Shown: positions 48,980 to 53,194 of the stretch, one piece after another
Layout: each line of letters opens with the position of its first letter
Position numbering within the stretch: position 1 is the stretch's first letter
Assembly: GCA_031763465.1 (NCBI GenBank)
Contig: JARFOE010000080.1
Coordinates: 9,315,357-9,368,550, forward strand
Source of the DNA: Squatina squatina
Taxonomy: Eukaryota
Reading direction: 5' to 3'
DNA: 53,194 nucleotides
Program-made: the position numbers and the translations under genes
The notes under the pieces: model-generated
Seen by the model: the letters and a program-made list of their open reading frames with translations, nothing else
What the model was told of the DNA's origin: nothing
The model's database searches: none

Positions 48980-49950
48980 GGCAAGGGGACATCAAAAGAG
49001 GTATTCCACAGAGTGTACAGCTACCTCCACATGACCGATGAGCAATCCCTTCGTAGACTGCGCTTCAAAAAGGAGGTCATAACAGAACTGTGCCAGCTCC
49101 TGCAGGCTGACCTGCAGCCTCAGAGCAGGGCTTCCACTGCTCTCTTTGTGACAGTTAAAGTCACAGTCGCACTCAATTTTTATGACAATGGCACATTTCA
49201 AAGTGCCACGGCTGACATTTCTAACATCTCGCATTACACTGCCTACTGCTGCATCAGACAGGTCACCACCGCACTGTACCGGAGAAGAAGGGAGTACATA
49301 TCCTTCCCGTATAGCCACCAGGATCAGCACGAGAGAGCTGTGGCCTTTGTCCATGTTGCCAACTTCCTCAAAGTCCAGGGCATCATTGTCTCCATACACA
49401 TCATCATGAGGGCTCCTGTAGTAAAGCTGCTGCCTTCATGCATCACAAGGGCTTCCATTCCATTAATATACCGGTCTATGCCCGCTTTCCTGACCACTTC
49501 CATGGTTCTTTTATATTGCAGTAATCCTGCATTCCTCACGCCACCCCCCACCCCACCCCACACCCCCACCATCCTCTCCCCCCAGTTTTTGACCCTGCAT
49601 AACAAGTGTGAAGCTGGTTACTTGGGGAGAAGGGATATCACCCATACTCTTGGCTTATGACTCCTCTTAGAAACACACACTTATTGACCAACCTGTACTA
49701 CCACCGGATCCACAAGTTGACTACAACCCTCAATGTGCAGACCATTGTAGTGTTCAAACAATGATTCCACTGCATGGACAAGTATGACAGGGACAACATA
49801 TGGAGCCTCCATTGGACAAGGGCCTTTAACTAGTTGATGAATAAAACACAAATGATATTGAGGATGCTACAGAAGCAGGAGAGCACAAACACCAGCCTGC
49901 AGCCAGAACTCTTAGGCAGCAGCTCATTGAATAATGCTTCAGCTGAACTA
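48980..49950 (+). pseudogene. Decayed PIF/Harbinger (HARBI1-like) transposase
   Basis: YSYLHMTDEQSLRRLRF, VKVTVALNFY..GTFQ, IRQVTTAL, KVQGII (first catalytic Asp lost), frameshifted LGEKGYHPYSWLMTP. Confidence 0.88.
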
Positions 49951-50689
49951 TCGCTGCCCCGCTGCCACATTAATAGTTATGTCCAACATCTATCCCAGCC
50001 ACACTGTATTTTCCCTCCTATCTTTGCTATGATTGCTTAGCTTTTTTCTGAGTTCAATTTGTACTTAGAATTACACTACTATGTCGTAGCAAAATGTATT
50101 CTTTGTTATTTTCTCCTTTTTGATTTGATCCAAATGCCTGAAGCAAGTAATATGGGCTGAAGGCTGTTCTTATTGCAGAAAAAAAAACAATTTAAAAAAG
50201 GAAAAAAATCAGCAAAGCGTTCTGAAGGAATGGTTTCAGGCGATATAGTCCTGCTCTTGGAGGAGAAGAGGAGGCAAACATGAAAGGGGAATGTGCTTAA
50301 AAGCTGAATCGAGCCCACAGTGTGATCTTTTTCTTTTATGAAAGGTTGGTGGCATAATCAGCTCTCTTGACATTTGCCAAATATTGTAGGTTGATGGTGA
50401 GGGTGTTTAGTCGGGTCAATCTGTATAAGTGTTGTGAAGTTGAAGGTATCATTCAACTTCAATATAACTGATCATTGCCTGTCTCATGGGGTTATTTCAN
50501 NNNNNNNNNNNNNNNNNNNNNNNNNNNNNNNNNNNNNNNNNNNNNNNNNNNNNNNNNNNNNNNNNNNNNNNNNNNNNNNNNNNNNNNNNNNNNNNNNNNG
50601 CCATTGTCATGTCTGTAGACGGTGCCAAGGTCAATGTTGGGTGGTCCATTCGTTTTTATTCTTCTTATTGTTTTTCATAGCAGTTTGTT

Positions 50690-50825
50690 CCAACTGACTG
50701 GCTTGCTAGGCCATTTCAGAGGGCAGTTAAGAGTCAACCACATTGCTGTGGGTCTGGAGTCGCATATAGGCCAGACCACATACAGATAGTAGATTTACTT
50801 CCCTAAAGAACATTAGTTAACTGTT
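50690..50825 (-). mobile_element. SINE fragment related to 14400-14685
   Basis: AACTGACTGGCTTGCTAGGCCATTTCAGAGGGCAGTT matches AACTGAGTGCCTTGTTAGGCCACTTCAGAGGGCAGTT. Confidence 0.6.
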
Positions 50826-51029
50826 AGACTTAGATAGAATTGGGTTGTTGGATAAGTTTCTTTCTCTCTTCTGGATTTGGTTTGCTGTTTATATTTGCAA
50901 CCAACTCATAAGACTGGACTGAAGTCAATCGGATGGTGGTAGTAAGGTCGATGTTGGTAAGGATTGTGGGACAGTTGGTGTATTGGGGATGGGAGAGTTG
51001 GTTCTTGTGACACATCTTTAGATGAGCTG

Positions 51030-51730
51030 CTCTCAAAGCTCTGGCAGGTAGGGGTAGTGGTCGTTGATGCTTCTCCTGCTCTTTCTCCTCTTCATGCTGC
51101 ACTTTTGCTGCCCAGGTGGTGGTAAGGGCTGATCCCTCATGTTGGCAAAGCTAAGCAGTATGCAGCAGATGACAACAAGTAAGGATATCCACTCAGGATA
51201 TCTGGATATTGCAAAACACCTTCTGAATGATCCAGGCAGGGGAACTGTTGCTTGAGCATGCCAACTGTCAGCTTGATGATATTTCTGTGGTAGCATGACT
51301 CTCGTTGTAGGCCACTTCTGCAGCTGTGTTCATTTTCCAAGTCTGAAGGCAATAGGCCTTGTCGCCTAGTAGCCAGCCTGTAACCTGACCAGCTGCTTAG
51401 ACTAAAGATGGCACAGAGAACTCATGCAGGATGAATGCATTATGACTGCTGCCGGAAAAGTGGGCACAGACCTGCATGATGCGCTGCCTGTGGTCACAAA
51501 CCAGCTGTGTGTTGAGGGATTGGAATGCCTATTGATTGATGAAGTGATGGGAGCAGGCAAGGCAATGTGGGTGCAGACTATGGCACTTTGCAGAAGCCTG
51601 CCATCCAGGCAAAACCAAGTGATCTCTAATCGTGAACGTGTTTCTCATGCTGTAGAGAGCCTCGGTGACTCCCTGATACAACAGTGCAAATTTGGCAGTG
51701 TGGCTGATGTCACCTGGTTCCACCTGGAAG
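51030..51730 (-). pseudogene. Second decayed PIF/Harbinger transposase
   Basis: Minus strand GDISH..VTEALY, GWLLGDKAYCL, RNIIKLTVGMLKQQFPCLDHSEGVLQY, VICCIL. Confidence 0.85.
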
Positions 51731-52669
51731 GAGCCTGTGGCATTAAAGGATGTAATATTCTTTGTTCCTCTAAATTTGCCTATCCCATAAATAAGTAACT
51801 CCCACTTCCAATCAAACTACAGTGGACAAAATGAAGGCACTGAAACCGTTATATGTGTAACAATGTGCCAAAAACAAACTTACAGGATGGCTCTGTCAGC
51901 AAAGCTATGTTCCAGGAGCCAAGTTCCACATCAATCTGGAGGTGAAATGTTCTCTTTGTTACCATTCTCCCTTTTTGATAGTCTAATAAACACTGACAGG
52001 CGTACTGTGATTGATGGTGTGACCAATCAATTATTGAAATGCTGAGACATTGATTAAAACTTTCGTTCTAGCCACCGCAGTCAAAAAATGAGCAATCTCT
52101 GGGAAATTCATCTGGAGGTAAATAGTAAATAATGCCCCTTTATATTACAGAATGATATCAAGTAGAAGCCTTAATGCATGCGCAGTTGCTTGAGAGTTAT
52201 GATTCATGATTTTCATTTCTGGCAGCTAGAAGTAAAAAGGTTTACACAGGCCAGCAAGAAGGAAACTGAATCACTGGACTATATAGAGAGGCTGCGGGCT
52301 TTGATCACCCATCGCCCAAACCGAATGTTGTTGAAATGGTTGGCTGCAGTCTTTATATTTACAACAATATTGCTTCCAGGACCAAAGTTTTTTTTCCAAG
52401 GAATTTTTCCACTTCATTTACTTCATAGCACCACAGTCAAAGTCAGAGCTTCTGGAAGTTGCACACGGCAATGTAAATGAGCCATCAAATTCATAATTTG
52501 AACTTTTGGAACTAGTATCTTTATCTTTGGTTCAAAATTTAGATAGCTAAACCTAAAAATTGAGGTTAAAAAAAGTTAAAAATAAAACTTTAGTATTAGT
52601 TGACTTCCTTTACCAAGCCTCAAATTTTCTAAAATAATTTCAGTGTTATAATTTAGGGGTGTAGCATAT

Positions 52670-53194
52670 TCATAGAACCATGGAACCATATAGCACAGAA
52701 GGAGATCATTTGGCTCATTGTGCCTCTGCCATTTCTTTGAAGAGCCAGCCAATTAATCTCATTCCCCTGCTCTTTCCTCACAGCCCTGCAATTTTGTCCA
52801 CTTCAACTATTTATCCAATTCCACACTTCTGCATTCTAGATCATAACAACTCGCTGCGTCATTTTTGTCCGCCTCTGGTTCTTTTGCCAATTACCTTAAA
52901 TCTGTGTCCTCTGGTTACTTACACTTCTGCCACTGGAAACAGTTCCTCATTATTTACTATATCTAAGCTCTTTATGATTTTGAATGTCTCTATCAAATCT
53001 CCTTTTAATCTTCTCTGTTCTAATGAGAACAGCCCCAGTTTTTCAAGGCCCTCCACATAACTGAAGTCCCTCATCCATGGTACCATTCTAGTAAATCTCC
53101 TCTGTGCTCTCTCTAAGGCCCTGACATCCTTCTTAAAGTGTGGTGCCCAAAATTGAACACGATACTCCAGCTGTTGCCGAACCAGTGTTTTATA
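52670..53194 (-). mobile_element. CR1 3' end
   Basis: CATAGAACCATGGAACCATATAGCACAGAAGGAG tail; minus strand YKTLVRQQLEYRVQFWAP, GDLIETFKI. Confidence 0.88.

Noticed and set aside
669-50697. Many ORF-track entries containing runs of X
   Set aside because: They stay open only because they read through 100-N placeholder gaps joining separate contigs

Overview
Vertebrate genomic DNA, most likely from a cartilaginous fish (shark-like). This is inferred from the repeat content: CR1 LINEs dominate, with Deu-domain SINEs, PIF/Harbinger elements and MITEs, RTE, Penelope, hAT and a Vingi-like fragment. The window is about 30 short contigs (roughly 0.5-4.5 kb) joined by placeholder gaps of 100 N, so order and orientation across gaps are unverified. 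The best-supported functional content is a complete six-hairpin miR-17~92 polycistron on + (15027-15780: mir-17/18a/19a/20a/19b/92a). About 5 kb away lies a GPC5 coding exon on -, its known syntenic neighbour but in the unexpected orientation. There are also single isolated coding exons of TCP1 (39159-39322) and GUCY1B1 (43253-43450). The first hairpin has mir-17-like flanks, but its predicted mature arm reads as miR-106a (AAAAGUGC...). Most ORF-track entries are spurious, span N gaps or are decayed transposon frames. Unexplained candidates include a G:U-rich long hairpin at ~26570-26700 in a possible 3' UTR, two unidentified candidate exons and several CNE-like stretches. I found no convincing evidence of a wholly new biological system. 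Identifications come from sequence recognition, not database searches.
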